Positions 1 through 9,622 of a stretch of DNA of 16,454 nucleotides are shown here, in pieces. Positions within the stretch are counted from its first letter, which is position 1. Each line of letters opens with the position of its first letter. The notes beneath the pieces were generated by a model that saw only the letters and a list, made by a program, of their open reading frames with translations, did no database searches and had not been told where the DNA came from. Origin of the DNA: Candidatus Bathyarchaeota archaeon (GTDB lineage Archaea; Thermoproteota; Bathyarchaeia; Bathyarchaeales; Bathycorpusculaceae). The DNA is taken from the NCBI GenBank assembly GCA_963775895.1, contig CAVZKL010000024.1, positions 1 through 16,454 on the forward strand, in the 5' to 3' direction. The translations under genes and the position numbers were made by a program.

Positions 1-504
1 CTAAGGAGTAAGCTTCACAATCAATTCTTTGTGTTCTGAGTATCGTTCGATCAGGTCCTTGCGGTCGCCGGTCTCGTAATCGGAGAAATCAAATCCTGGT
101 GCCATAGTCGTTCCCAGAAGCGCAAAGTTGCCTCCTTCCTTCAGGAAAGAGCCCTGCCAGACTCCTCTCGGCACAATCACTTGGAGTTGCTGACCAGCCT
201 CTACGTCGTGTCCCATTGTCACTTTCTTTGAACTGCCGTCGGGAAGTAGTTGCAGCATGATTACAGGGTCCCCGAGGTAAAAGTGAAATATCTCATCGGT
301 TGGTAGCCTGTGAAGAGCGGAGCAAGTGTCAGGCGTCAACAGATAGTATATAGCTGTTCCGAAAGATTTGTCAGAGTTGTATCTGGTGGGAAGAACCGTC
401 TTAGAAATTCTCTCTGGTGAACGATACGTTTCAGTGTAGAACCCTCCTTCCTCTGGCAAGGGTTTCAAATTGAATTTTTTGATAATCTCATCTGCGGAAA
501 TCAT
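1..504 (-). CDS. Cupin-domain protein, DUF985/cupin_5 family (167 aa)
   Basis: Family motifs LPEEGGFYTETYRS, TAIYYLL, SALHRL-DEIFHFYLGDP, VPRGVWQGS, APGFDFSD. Start placed at ATG 504 (MISADEII) because the upstream extension to 636 overlaps the next gene and does not look like the family. Confidence 0.9.
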   Translation of the reverse strand: MISADEIIKKFNLKPLPEEGGFYTETYRSPERISKTVLPTRYNSDKSFGTAIYYLLTPDTCSALHRLPTDEIFHFYLGDPVIMLQLLPDGSSKKVTMGHDVEAGQQLQVIVPRGVWQGSFLKEGGNFALLGTTMAPGFDFSDYETGDRKDLIERYSEHKELIVKLTP

Positions 505-607
505 ACTGAGCCCTCGTATTACTCTTGTCAGGGAAGCATAAGAATCATAAGGATACAGACCCTTGAAAAGCACGCGCATTAATTGTGCATTGCCAATGCT
601 TCGCGGG

Positions 608-904
608 TCACTTCTTTCTACGAACAAATCCTCCATATTTGAAGAACAATATCAGACCCATGGCCATAACGATTATGGGATAGACAAAGAGGATGGCAAT
701 CATGGTACTGGAATTTATCCAAACTGAGGGGCCGTGTATCAAGACCAAGGCTGATCTGTAAAGCACTGGAACGGGGTTGAAAACAAAGAAGACATAACTC
801 CAGAAGGAAACCACAGCATCGATAGGAACGTACAGAATTTGGTCGTTGACCAGTATTGTTAAGATCAAACTCAGTATGCCATAGATCAGGAGAAGATAGA
901 CCAA
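608..904 (-). CDS. Hypothetical small integral membrane protein (~3 hydrophobic segments)
   Basis: 98-aa strongly hydrophobic ORF with a basic C-terminus (VRRKK). TTG start is uncertain. TTATAT TATA-like box on the - strand at ~956-961. Confidence 0.6.
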   Translation of the reverse strand: MVYLLLIYGILSLILTILVNDQILYVPIDAVVSFWSYVFFVFNPVPVLYRSALVLIHGPSVWINSSTMIAILFVYPIIVMAMGLILFFKYGGFVRRKK

Positions 905-1060
905 TTTGTTTACAGTTTACCTTCTATGGCGTAAGGAATTAAATCACAATGCGAAATATAAGGCCGTGATGAATTTTGGGTCTAAGTTTGCGTGCCTAGC
1001 GTTTTCATTAATGGCTTGGTCTCAGCGATAACGCGTGTTCAGGTAAGCCCACTCTTATAG

Positions 1061-1077
1061 AAAGAAAAGAGAAAAAA
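1061..1077 (-). terminator. Oligo-T terminator downstream of the VOC gene
   Basis: A-rich run AAAGAAAAGAGAAAAAA on + (T-rich on -), about 10 nt past the VOC stop codon. Confidence 0.5.
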
Positions 1078-1085
1078 GGGTGCAG

Positions 1086-1494
1086 TTATGGACGCATTGG
1101 CTGTAGTATGGCGAATTGGTTCCCTTCAGGGTCGACAGCTACCCGCAGTCCAGCCTACTTGCGGAAACTTCTTGCTTCGGAACGATGATCTTTCCGCCGA
1201 GCTTCTTGATCTTCTCAATGTACTCATCAGCCGACTCGACCGAGATGTAGATGACGGGCTTCATGTCCTTCGTCTCTTTCGTCTTCTTGTCACCCAAGCC
1301 CCCGTTGACACCTGGCTCGCACAGCGTCTCATCTGCTTGTCCATTGGCACGGTGCCCAGAAGCCAGTATTCCATGGGTCCGCTCATGTCTTCACTGCCCT
1401 TCTCGATCTTCCACCCGAAGACTCCAGAATAGAACTTCTTCAGTTTCTCAGTGTCGCTTGCCGGGATTTCAAAATGAACAACTGTGTGATCCAT
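1086..1494 (-). CDS. VOC/glyoxalase-bleomycin resistance family protein, frameshifted in this sequence
   Basis: N-terminus MDHTVVHFEIPASDTEKLKKFYSGVFGWKI. Other frames continue PGVNGGL...KPVIYISVESADEYIEKIKKLGGKIIVPKQEV, then PQVGWTA, then AVDPEGNQFAILQPMRP*. At least three frame changes (~1320, ~1165, ~1143). Alternative starts at 1506/1509. Confidence 0.85.
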
Positions 1495-1797
1495 CTTATC
1501 CACCATCATTTCAGTAAACAAAACCTCTCGAAGCTAATTAAATTATCGTTGCTGCAAGGCCAAAACGAACAAGCACCTCATTCCTGTGCACTCTGGCTTT
1601 CCCACAGTTCGTCTAACTTGATAGGCGCGCGTTACAGATTGTAAATCCTTTTCGGATCGGCCACCCAACTTCTGTCGAGTTCGTCCTCGTCGAATGCTCA
1701 TGCAGGAAAACTGGTTTTCCCAAATTCCTCAGTAGTTAAAGGTTTTCAGCTAGCGGCGCTAGAAGCTTGCTAAAACTCATTAACCCGTGCGATCTAG

Positions 1798-3035
1798 TTG
1801 TCAGACATCTCGAGAGAGGTCTTGAGTAGAGGTCTGAAAACATTGGGCTTGCACGAAAATAGGGTCAACGGTGTCGCGGTCACCTCGCTCATCTTGGGCA
1901 GAGTCGTGTATGCGGTCAACTGGTACAGCATGGCGGCAGTGTTTTCATTGATAGCTTCTGAACTGAAACAGGATGTTTCTGGGCTAGCGGTTGTCACGGC
2001 AGCCTTCTACGTCGGGATTGGAGTTTTTCAAGTGCCTGGAGGACTTCTAGCAGCCAAGATGGGCCGCGTCTGACCGTGATATGCGGAACCACGATTGCTT
2101 CTCTGGCTGCTTTGCTGACAGGGTTCGCCGGAAATCTGGCGGAGATAACGGCCCTGCGGTTTTTTGTTGGAGCAGGCATGGCCCTTGTTTTCGCTCCGGG
2201 TGTTATTCTAGTCACGAGGTTCTTGAGGAAAGGGTCGGAAGGGTTGGGTGTTGGACTTTATAACTCAGCGTACAGTTTGGGAGGTGCCATTGGATTATCA
2301 GGCTTGGCAGTGCTCGCGAGCGCAGTTGGGTGGCGCGACAGTCTAGTTGTGAGCGGATCGCTTGGCTTGGTGACCTCTCTTTTGATGGCTGCTTGTTTGC
2401 CCAAGGATAACCTTCGTTCAGACTTCAAAATCGATCTTCACCGTTTGAAGCTTATCCTGTTTGATAAGTGGCTGATCGCGTTGTCAATCGCTCTGCTGGG
2501 CTTGTGGGTCGGCAGTTCCGTTGTGGGCAATTTTATGGCTTACTACCTTGAGAATGTGTCTCATGTGGGCGTTGGTGAAGCGGGTACGATCGCGTCATTG
2601 GCGGTCGTCTCAGCCCTTGTGACAGCGCCGTTCTCTGGAAGAATCTTTGACAGGTTTGGAAATGCGAAATGGCTGCTGCTAGTGACTGGCGCACTTATGG
2701 CATTAGGTGTTGGCGTAGCGTCTTTGGGGACACTCTACTCGGCGATCGTATCTTGTATCCTCGTGGGCTTGGCATCGGGAGCTGGGTTCACGTTTGGTTT
2801 TGCGGCCGCGAGAGAAGCCAACATGTTCGGTCCTGAATACGAAACGCTGGCAGTGAGCTGGGTTAACTGCGTCTCCTTGTTTGGTGATTTCGTTCCTCCG
2901 TTGATGTTCTCCTACTTCGCGATTCAGTTTGGGTACTCATTCGCATGGTTATATCTGGCGTTGCTTTCCTTCGTACTGATCCTTCCAGTGCTCTTATCAA
3001 AGGTGCCGACAGGAAGAACCCTGCCCCCAATGTGA
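1798..3035 (+). CDS. MFS transporter, split by one frameshift near 2063
   Basis: ORFs 1798-2073 and 2076-3035 join if one base is restored in ATGGGCCGCGT, giving motif A (GGLLAAKMGPRLTV). Second-half motif GRIFDRFG, RFFVGAG motif and about 12 hydrophobic segments. Start uncertain. Confidence 0.85.
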
Positions 3036-3091
3036 ACAGCATATCAATTCGTGCCAAGAAAAAGTTGAAAAAGCCGTCGATTTGGGAAAGG

Positions 3092-3165
3092 CGCCGCCGA
3101 TAGGACTTGAACCTATGACCGACTGGTTAACAGCCAGCCGCTCTACCTAACTGAGCTACGGCGGC
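3092..3165 (-). tRNA. tRNA-Asn (anticodon GTT), intronless
   Basis: Reverse complement GCCGCCGTAGCTCAGTTAGGTAGAGCGGCTGGCTGTTAACCAGTCGGTCATAGGTTCAAGTCCTATCGGCGGCG: 7-bp acceptor stem, D arm, anticodon arm GCTGG-CTGTTAA-CCAGT, T loop GTTCAAGT, discriminator G. Followed by CC but not a full CCA. Confidence 0.97.
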
Positions 3166-3201
3166 ATCATAACAGAGTTACAAGTTTTGGGTTTGTGGGG
3201 G

Positions 3202-3208
3202 TATTTAA
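3202..3208 (-). promoter_or_regulatory. TATA box of tRNA-Asn
   Basis: TTAAATA on the - strand about 40 nt upstream of the mature tRNA 5' end. T-rich tract at 3057-3072 (- strand) lies downstream of the tRNA. Confidence 0.65.
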
Positions 3209-3273
3209 GGCTACCCATAAATGATGAACGCCTAAACCTATACATGCTCCAAAGCCCAAGAAAACCACGCGTG

Positions 3274-4002
3274 CTATTCTAGCAACGTTATTCTGCCGGC
3301 CTTGTAGAGTGGCACTTCTCGCAGAACGCTCAGTTGAGAGGAAAAATCCACGTCACTCTTGAATCCCAGCTTCACCAAATGCTTTGCATGCTCCGCTTGC
3401 ATGACGTTTCTGTTCAAATCGTTTCTTGCCTGCTTGAACGCCAATAACGCTGCTTGAACCTTGTCAGAAAACTGAACGCTTTTTTGATTGAATCTGTCTG
3501 AAATTGCTCCTGAACACAGGAAATCTTCTAAGGAGAACTTCCCTCGCTCTCCAGCCAAAACGAATGAGATCCCGATGTTTTCCCTCGCAGCGATCTCTTC
3601 AGCCTTCTCAGCCACGGCCCCAGCGTTCAAGAACGCTCCAACCAAAACCCATTTCGCCTCCCGGGACCTGACCAAAGCCGCTGTGCCGCTTGTCGTTGTC
3701 ATCACGAAACTTTTGCCATTGACTTTTTCCCGCGTGAATTCCTGAGGCGAATTTCCAAAATCAAAACCCTTAGGCTTTTTCCCACCTCTCTCACCGGCGA
3801 GAAGGATCTCTGAACGTTGACCCCGAATTCTGAAAGCCTCTTTCAGACTCGCAACAGGAATAAAAGCCTCTGCACCGTTGGCCAAAGCGTTCAAGATGCT
3901 GGTTCCAGACCGCAAAACGTCGATGACGACGATCAGGTCTCCACGGGCGACAGCTTTCCTCGCATCCCTCGCCGAGAACTCCAGATCAACGAAGATAGCC
4001 AT
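3274..4002 (-). CDS. comB: 2-phosphosulfolactate phosphatase family protein
   Basis: ComB motifs VVIDVLRS, LLAGERGG, GFDFGNSP, MTTTSGT, GAFLNA, FSLEDFLCSG. ATG 4002 preferred over 4014. Confidence 0.9.
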   Translation of the reverse strand: MAIFVDLEFSARDARKAVARGDLIVVIDVLRSGTSILNALANGAEAFIPVASLKEAFRIRGQRSEILLAGERGGKKPKGFDFGNSPQEFTREKVNGKSFVMTTTSGTAALVRSREAKWVLVGAFLNAGAVAEKAEEIAARENIGISFVLAGERGKFSLEDFLCSGAISDRFNQKSVQFSDKVQAALLAFKQARNDLNRNVMQAEHAKHLVKLGFKSDVDFSSQLSVLREVPLYKAGRITLLE

Positions 4003-4098
4003 GCAACCACTCACGATGATAGCTGCTTGGATTACCGCGCCGAATCATAATTAGATTGCTGAACGGTCAAAGTTGCAAACGAACTTCGGGCTAGTTGC

Positions 4099-5586
4099 CT
4101 ACAACTTCGCGTTGATGCCTGCTTGTTTTATCTTGAATTTCGCGATTGAAGTGAAAAGCTTGTAGAACGGTCTGATCGCGGTGCTCTTCCAGCTTTCAGT
4201 GAAAGACATGCTGATCAGGTTGTCCACCCAGTGAAAATCGTGCTCAACGCATTTTATGAGCAGCTCCTTGTGCGTATCAGTCATTTCGGTCTCTTTGAAC
4301 CAGTCTTCGTTCTTCAGTCTGCCCATGGGAACGAAGAACAATGGCACGATGAGGCTTCTGAAATCTTTCAGGTCGTCCACCATTTCCATCGTTTTGATGA
4401 GGTCGCTCTCGGTCTCTTCAGGCGTGCCAACGATGAGCGTGCAAGCTGGAACGAGCATGTTGTCGTGCATTAATCCCATTCCTGTGCGCACGACTTCAGG
4501 CCATTGCTCTGGCTTGAACGGATGAGCCTTGGCAGGCATGATTTTTGCTACGAGTTCGGGTGAGCCAGTCTCGAGTCCGATTTCGACTCCCCACCATCGT
4601 TGTTTCTGCCGTATGATTTCCGCAACTTGGGAGAAGAGTTTGGGCTTTGCTGCAACGGCAGCAAGTGAACAGTGACTCCAGGCTATTCCTTCGGCCTTGG
4701 GGATGACGGCTTCATGGAGCTTCACCAGTTTTTCGTCGTCGGGCAACGTGGTTTTTGAGCCGTAGAGCATGACGTCGTCTTCGTGGAGAATGATTCCCTT
4801 GTTTCCGCTTTTGAGGTTCACATCCACTTCTTCAAGAATTTTCTCCATCGGAAACCATCGCAGAGGTCTTAAGGTTACACTGCAGAACTTGCATCCTCTG
4901 CAGCATCCGCGGCCTATTTCGACCAAACCGTTGACTGCAGGGTTGACTATTTTGGGGATTTCCTCCAAAGTCGGAGTCTCACCTATGCTGATTTCGTAGT
5001 TTGAGGGAAGAGCTTCGCCATCCATGGCAGCTTTGAAAATCTTTCCCACGACTGTCTCGGCTTCTCCCTCTATTACGCAGTCTATGCCGTATTTCTCAAC
5101 GAACTTGGGTCTGTAGCTGAGTTGCCAGACACCAGGACCGCCAACGATTATTTTTAGACCATTTTTCTTCGCCTTTCTAACCTCGGGTAATTCAAAGAGC
5201 TTGCGGAAGTACACTGCCAAGAAGGGCTCCTTCTTGAGAATCGAAGCAAGCGTGCTCGAAGCGGGTCCTAGACCGAATGGGTCCATGACGTGGATTCCAA
5301 GGACTTTTGCGTTTTGAATGTACGGAGAGATGTGGTCAGGCGTGACCGTCACAACGTTGAAGCCTTCACTCAACAGTTGAGCTTCAATCTTTCTCAAACC
5401 GTAGGGGGCAGCAAACGGACTGCCTTTCTCGGTTTTTATCGGCGGAAAGAAGAGTTGTCTATACATGAAGTCTGGAACGAAGTTCGGCGGAGCACATGTT
5501 CCGAAACCGAGAAACTCGTTTCGACGGTAATCGCTCATTAACGTACTGTCGGCGGTGAGTACCACAGTGCTTTCTAACTTGTCCAC
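4099..5586 (-). CDS. Radical SAM protein with B12-binding-like N-terminal domain, Grs/Gms (GDGT-modifying) type
   Basis: CxxxCxxC motif (GRGCCRGCKFC). N-terminal LTADSTLMS..EFLGF, APYGLRKIEAQL and IIVGGP motifs resemble, from memory, the archaeal GDGT ring synthase/GMGT synthase group. Radical SAM assignment is secure; the subfamily is not. Confidence 0.85.
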   Translation of the reverse strand: MDKLESTVVLTADSTLMSDYRRNEFLGFGTCAPPNFVPDFMYRQLFFPPIKTEKGSPFAAPYGLRKIEAQLLSEGFNVVTVTPDHISPYIQNAKVLGIHVMDPFGLGPASSTLASILKKEPFLAVYFRKLFELPEVRKAKKNGLKIIVGGPGVWQLSYRPKFVEKYGIDCVIEGEAETVVGKIFKAAMDGEALPSNYEISIGETPTLEEIPKIVNPAVNGLVEIGRGCCRGCKFCSVTLRPLRWFPMEKILEEVDVNLKSGNKGIILHEDDVMLYGSKTTLPDDEKLVKLHEAVIPKAEGIAWSHCSLAAVAAKPKLFSQVAEIIRQKQRWWGVEIGLETGSPELVAKIMPAKAHPFKPEQWPEVVRTGMGLMHDNMLVPACTLIVGTPEETESDLIKTMEMVDDLKDFRSLIVPLFFVPMGRLKNEDWFKETEMTDTHKELLIKCVEHDFHWVDNLISMSFTESWKSTAIRPFYKLFTSIAKFKIKQAGINAKL

Positions 5587-5709
5587 CCCGAGATACGGTT
5601 AACGTTTTACGAAGATAAGACCTTCTGCCTTTATTCCTTTTGTTTTCTCCAGAAAAGTGTATATGCCCGATCATGGCAATTATGCCAAAAGCGTCATGGA
5701 GAGACAGGC

Positions 5710-6273
5710 TTGAAGAAGATTCTCGAAGTCAGATGGCACGGAAGAGGAGGTCAAGGCGCGTGGACCGCGAGTGAACTTTTCGCTCGAGCAGCAATCGCCG
5801 AAGGAAAGTACATTCAATCTTTTCCAGAATTCGGCCCCGAGAGGATGGGAGCCCCAGTGACTGCCTTCACGAGAATAAGCACCGAACCAATAAGGATACA
5901 CTGCGGAGTGTACAACCCCGACATCGTGGCCGTTTTGGATCCAACTTTGCTCAAGACGGTGAATGTCGTCGATGGCTTAAGCGAAGAAGGCGGAAACATA
6001 ATAATTAATTCAAAAGAAAACCCTGCCGAGATAAGAAAAGTTCTGAACACGACCAAGGGAAAAGTATGGACGGTTCCTGCGTCTGAGATTTCAATGAAAA
6101 TCCTCGGAATCCCGATAACAAACACAGCCATGCTCGGAGCCGTAGCTCGAGTGACCAAGATCGTTAGCTTGGAAACGGTTGAGAAAATGATTGGAGCACG
6201 ATTCAGACCCGACGTAGCGGAGAAGAACTTCGCCGTCGTGAAAGAAGCATACGAGGGGGTAAAATCTGAATGA
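5710..6273 (+). CDS. porG: Pyruvate/2-oxoacid:ferredoxin oxidoreductase gamma subunit
   Basis: EVRWHGRGGQGA, FPEFGPERMGAPV, NTAMLGA motifs; first gene of the operon; TTG start. Confidence 0.93.
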   Translation: MKKILEVRWHGRGGQGAWTASELFARAAIAEGKYIQSFPEFGPERMGAPVTAFTRISTEPIRIHCGVYNPDIVAVLDPTLLKTVNVVDGLSEEGGNIIINSKENPAEIRKVLNTTKGKVWTVPASEISMKILGIPITNTAMLGAVARVTKIVSLETVEKMIGARFRPDVAEKNFAVVKEAYEGVKSE

Positions 6274-6548
6274 GCAGCAAAGACAAGAGCTGGAAAGAGA
6301 TATCGCCAGCAGGTGTATGCTGGAAGAGCAGCAAAACATACCTGACCGGAGACTGGAAATCTTTCACTCCGGACAGGGACGTCAAGAAGTGCACCAAATG
6401 CTTATTGTGCACGATTTACTGTCCCGATGCGGCTATACACTGGAACGCCAAGAAGGATGACATAGAATTCGACATGAACTTTTGCAAAGGCTGCGGAATA
6501 TGCGCGAACGAATGTCCTACCAAAGCGATCGTCATGAAGATCGCGTAG
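6270..6548 (+). CDS. porD: Pyruvate/2-oxoacid:ferredoxin oxidoreductase delta subunit (2x[4Fe-4S])
   Basis: TGDWK motif and two ferredoxin motifs (CTKCLLCTIYCP, CKGCGICANECP); ATGA overlap with the gamma stop codon. Confidence 0.93.
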   Translation: MSSKDKSWKEISPAGVCWKSSKTYLTGDWKSFTPDRDVKKCTKCLLCTIYCPDAAIHWNAKKDDIEFDMNFCKGCGICANECPTKAIVMKIA

Positions 6549-6560
6549 AAGGATTTGATT

Positions 6561-7793
6561 ATGAAGAGTGTTGTTAAACAGGAAACTCAAGCCGTGAACG
6601 GAGACGAAGCAGTAGCGCTGGCTGTTAAACAGGCGGACGTCGACGTTGTAGCGGCTTATCCGATAACTCCCCAGACAATCATCGTTGAAAAGTTAAGTGA
6701 GTACGTTGCCAACGGTGAAGTTGACACCGAGTACGTGTGCACCGAATCAGAACACAGCGCGATGGCAGCGTGCCTCGCAGCTTCAGCCACTGGAGCACGG
6801 GTCTTCACTGCTTCCGCGTCTGCGGGATTGGCGCTCATGCACGAGATGCTTTTCGTAACTTCCGGTTGCCGTGCGCCCGTGGTGATGGCAATTGCAAACC
6901 GAGCGCTGTCTGCACCGTTGAACATTCACGGTGACCATTCTGACGCCATGGCTGAACGCGACAGCGGCTGGATACAGATCTACGCTGAAAACGCACAGGA
7001 AGTCTACGATTCAGTCATTCAGGCGTTCAGAATTGCAGAACACCTGGACGTTCAATTACCAGTGATGATAGGCCTCGACGGATTCACGTTGAGCCATACG
7101 CTAGAAAACGTTCGAATATTGAACGATGATACTGTCAGAGGCTTCGTCAAGACGCGCCAGTTTCCATTAGTGCTCACACATGACGGAAAGACCCAACCGT
7201 TCAGACTTGACCCCGAAGCCCCCATGACTATGGGTCCGGTAGCCATGCCGAACTACTATTTCGAATTCAAACGCCAACAAGAAGAAGCGATGAAAAACGC
7301 CATGAACGTGATTCAACAGATACACGACGAATACGCGCAGCTGACTGACAGAAGCTATGGAGATGGACTTCTTGAACAATACAAGCTTGAGGACGCCGAG
7401 ATAGCTGTCGTATGTCTGGGCTCAACGGCTGGCACGGTGAAATCAGTGATCGACGAACTCAGAGAAAGCGGAATCAAAGCTGGACTCCTCAGAATTCGCA
7501 CTTACAGACCTTTTCCCGCTGTGGGAATAGTCAAAGCCCTTGGGAAGGTGAAAGCGGTCGCAGTCATGGATAGAAGCATGAGCTTCGGTGGAAGGGGAGG
7601 GGCAGTGTTTCACGAAGTTCGACACGCGCTCTACGATTCAGCAGCACGACCTTACGTGGTAAACTACATCTACGGTCTCGGCGGAAGAGACACGAGCCCG
7701 ACACAGATAAAGAGAGTCTTCGAAGACTTGCGGAAGATTCTACAGACAAAACGCGTCGAGGATCTCGTGCATTACTTGGGATTGAGGGAGTGA
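6561..7793 (+). CDS. porA: Pyruvate/2-oxoacid:ferredoxin oxidoreductase alpha subunit
   Basis: GDEAVA, AAYPITPQT, ESEHSA, ANRALSAP, DGFTLSH, YGLGGRD motifs; ATG at 6561 (TTG 6555 alternative). Confidence 0.95.
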   Translation: MKSVVKQETQAVNGDEAVALAVKQADVDVVAAYPITPQTIIVEKLSEYVANGEVDTEYVCTESEHSAMAACLAASATGARVFTASASAGLALMHEMLFVTSGCRAPVVMAIANRALSAPLNIHGDHSDAMAERDSGWIQIYAENAQEVYDSVIQAFRIAEHLDVQLPVMIGLDGFTLSHTLENVRILNDDTVRGFVKTRQFPLVLTHDGKTQPFRLDPEAPMTMGPVAMPNYYFEFKRQQEEAMKNAMNVIQQIHDEYAQLTDRSYGDGLLEQYKLEDAEIAVVCLGSTAGTVKSVIDELRESGIKAGLLRIRTYRPFPAVGIVKALGKVKAVAVMDRSMSFGGRGGAVFHEVRHALYDSAARPYVVNYIYGLGGRDTSPTQIKRVFEDLRKILQTKRVEDLVHYLGLRE

Positions 7794-7805
7794 AAAGGAG
7801 GAGAA

Positions 7806-8792
7806 ATGATGGAAATATCTGAAGGAAAATTCACGGCAAAGGACATAGCCGAAAAACCCGACCTGTTCCTTTCTGGACACAGAGCGTGCGCGGGATGTGC
7901 ACCGGCAACGGTTCTCAGGATGATAATGAAGGCTACACGAGGACCGACGATAGTGACCAACGCGACAGGATGCATGGAGGTGTCTTCAACCATCTATCCT
8001 TACACTTCGTGGGCGACACCTTGGTTGCACACGGCCTTCGAAACGGCTGCGGCGAACGCGTCTGGAATCGAGGTGGCACTGAAGGTTCTTAGAAGGAAGG
8101 GCAGGATCAAGAATGAACAGGTGGACGTCATCGCCTTCGCTGGAGACGGAGGCACTTACGACATAGGCATCCAAGCACTTTCAGGCGCAGTTGAGAGAGG
8201 ACACGATTTCCTGTTCGTTCTCTATGACAATGAGGCTTACATGAACACGGGTATTCAGAGAAGTGGAGGAACACCCTACGGAGCTTCAACGACCACTTCA
8301 CAAGCAGGTTCCGTAGTGCCTGGAAAACTTCAGCAGAAGAAACCGATAGCGGACATAATGGTCGCTCACGACATGCCCTACGTTGCCACGGCTTCGCCGT
8401 ACTACTGGAAGGACTTGATAATGAAAGCGCGAAAAGGCATGGAAGTAAACGGCCCCGCGTTCTTGCACGTGTTCGCACCTTGCCCGAGAGGGTGGAGAAG
8501 TGACAACTCGAAGTCGATAGAGCTTACGAAGCTTGCGGTGGAAACGTGCATCTTTCCGTTGTGGGAAGCGGTCAACGGCGAGTACCAGCTCTCGACGCCC
8601 AGCAAGGTCATCGCGCTGGCACCGCAGAAGAAAAAGCCAGTCAAGGAGTACCTGCAGATGCAAGGACGCTTCAGACACTTGTTCACACCCAAGAATGAAA
8701 AGATGCTCGAGGAAATCCAGCAGACAACTAACCAGAAGTGGAATCGCGTACTCAAGAAATGTGGAATAACTCCGCCTGCACAAGCTAAATAA
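7806..8792 (+). CDS. porB: Pyruvate/2-oxoacid:ferredoxin oxidoreductase beta subunit (TPP-binding)
   Basis: GHRACAGC, ATGC, TPP motif GDGGTYDIG...DNEAYMNTGIQRS, APCPRGW; SD AGGAGG at ~7796-7801. Confidence 0.95.
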   Translation: MMEISEGKFTAKDIAEKPDLFLSGHRACAGCAPATVLRMIMKATRGPTIVTNATGCMEVSSTIYPYTSWATPWLHTAFETAAANASGIEVALKVLRRKGRIKNEQVDVIAFAGDGGTYDIGIQALSGAVERGHDFLFVLYDNEAYMNTGIQRSGGTPYGASTTTSQAGSVVPGKLQQKKPIADIMVAHDMPYVATASPYYWKDLIMKARKGMEVNGPAFLHVFAPCPRGWRSDNSKSIELTKLAVETCIFPLWEAVNGEYQLSTPSKVIALAPQKKKPVKEYLQMQGRFRHLFTPKNEKMLEEIQQTTNQKWNRVLKKCGITPPAQAK

Positions 8793-8820
8793 AATCTAAG
8801 CTCCTTCTCTTTTTGTGAGT

Positions 8821-9618
8821 ATGCCAAATCGAAGCGAAGACCTGAGAATAGTTTCTGTAGAGGATGGTTTCGAAGACGTCTTCTGGGAGCACGTCAACCG
8901 TGACCCCTTTGATTACTTTTTTTTCATTCTCGACTTGAAAGAGCGCAGAGAACAGACCACGGTGCTCTTGGCCATGGAAGGAAAAAAAATTCATGGGCTA
9001 GCGTTGATGTTTGCAGATCACATCGTTCAGTTTCGTGGAAACAGAAAAGCCGTTGAAAAACTGCTTGAACACGTTAATTTGGAAAAGGTGGAGTTACAAG
9101 CCCCCCTTGATTGTGAAGACATCATCGCTCGAAAGTACAGGCCGAACGTAAGACACGAACTTGTCCTGATGTCCCTGAAAAGGGGAGAAGAGAAGGTGCA
9201 GATCAGCCACAGACCGGTGAGACTCGGACCCGAAGACGCGAGAAGAGTTGCCGCGATCATGCGCAAGGCCGATCCAGAGTGGTGGGGTGACGTGAAGGCC
9301 AAGGATCGAAGAGAGTCCTTGGAGAAAGTCTACTGGCTAGGAATAAAAGAAGGTGGAAAACTGGCTGCGATCGGCAGTGCTCGTTTCGTCGATTTTGGAA
9401 GCAACATCGGAATCATAGCCACCGACAAACGTTACAGGAACAGGGGCTACGCGACTTCCATCGTCTCGGCTCTGGTTCGAGAGATCCTGAAGACGTCTCC
9501 CGTCGCATTGATTCACGTGGTGAGCGATAACGGTCCAGCCGTGCGAGCGTACTCGAAAGTCGGGTACAAGCCCCACAGGCGATACCTGTTCATAAGGGGA
9601 GAGAGGATTAAAGAATAG
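8821..9618 (+). CDS. GNAT family N-acetyltransferase with C-terminal FR47-like GNAT domain
   Basis: Acetyl-CoA motif A (IATDKRYRNRGYATSIV) and motif B (NGPAVRAYSKVGY). Confidence 0.88.
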   Translation: MPNRSEDLRIVSVEDGFEDVFWEHVNRDPFDYFFFILDLKERREQTTVLLAMEGKKIHGLALMFADHIVQFRGNRKAVEKLLEHVNLEKVELQAPLDCEDIIARKYRPNVRHELVLMSLKRGEEKVQISHRPVRLGPEDARRVAAIMRKADPEWWGDVKAKDRRESLEKVYWLGIKEGGKLAAIGSARFVDFGSNIGIIATDKRYRNRGYATSIVSALVREILKTSPVALIHVVSDNGPAVRAYSKVGYKPHRRYLFIRGERIKE

Positions 9619-9622
9619 GCTT

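Noticed and set aside
1088-1517. Plus-strand ORFs 1088-1432 and 1251-1517
   Set aside because: Antisense shadows of the VOC gene with no recognisable motifs.
3060-3270. Integrated element at tRNA-Asn
   Set aside because: No integrase, no duplicated tRNA 3' end in the window, and the flanking genes are ordinary chromosomal genes.
3274-8792. Evidence of methanogenesis from comB plus por
   Set aside because: Both occur widely in non-methanogens and no methanogenesis marker gene is present.
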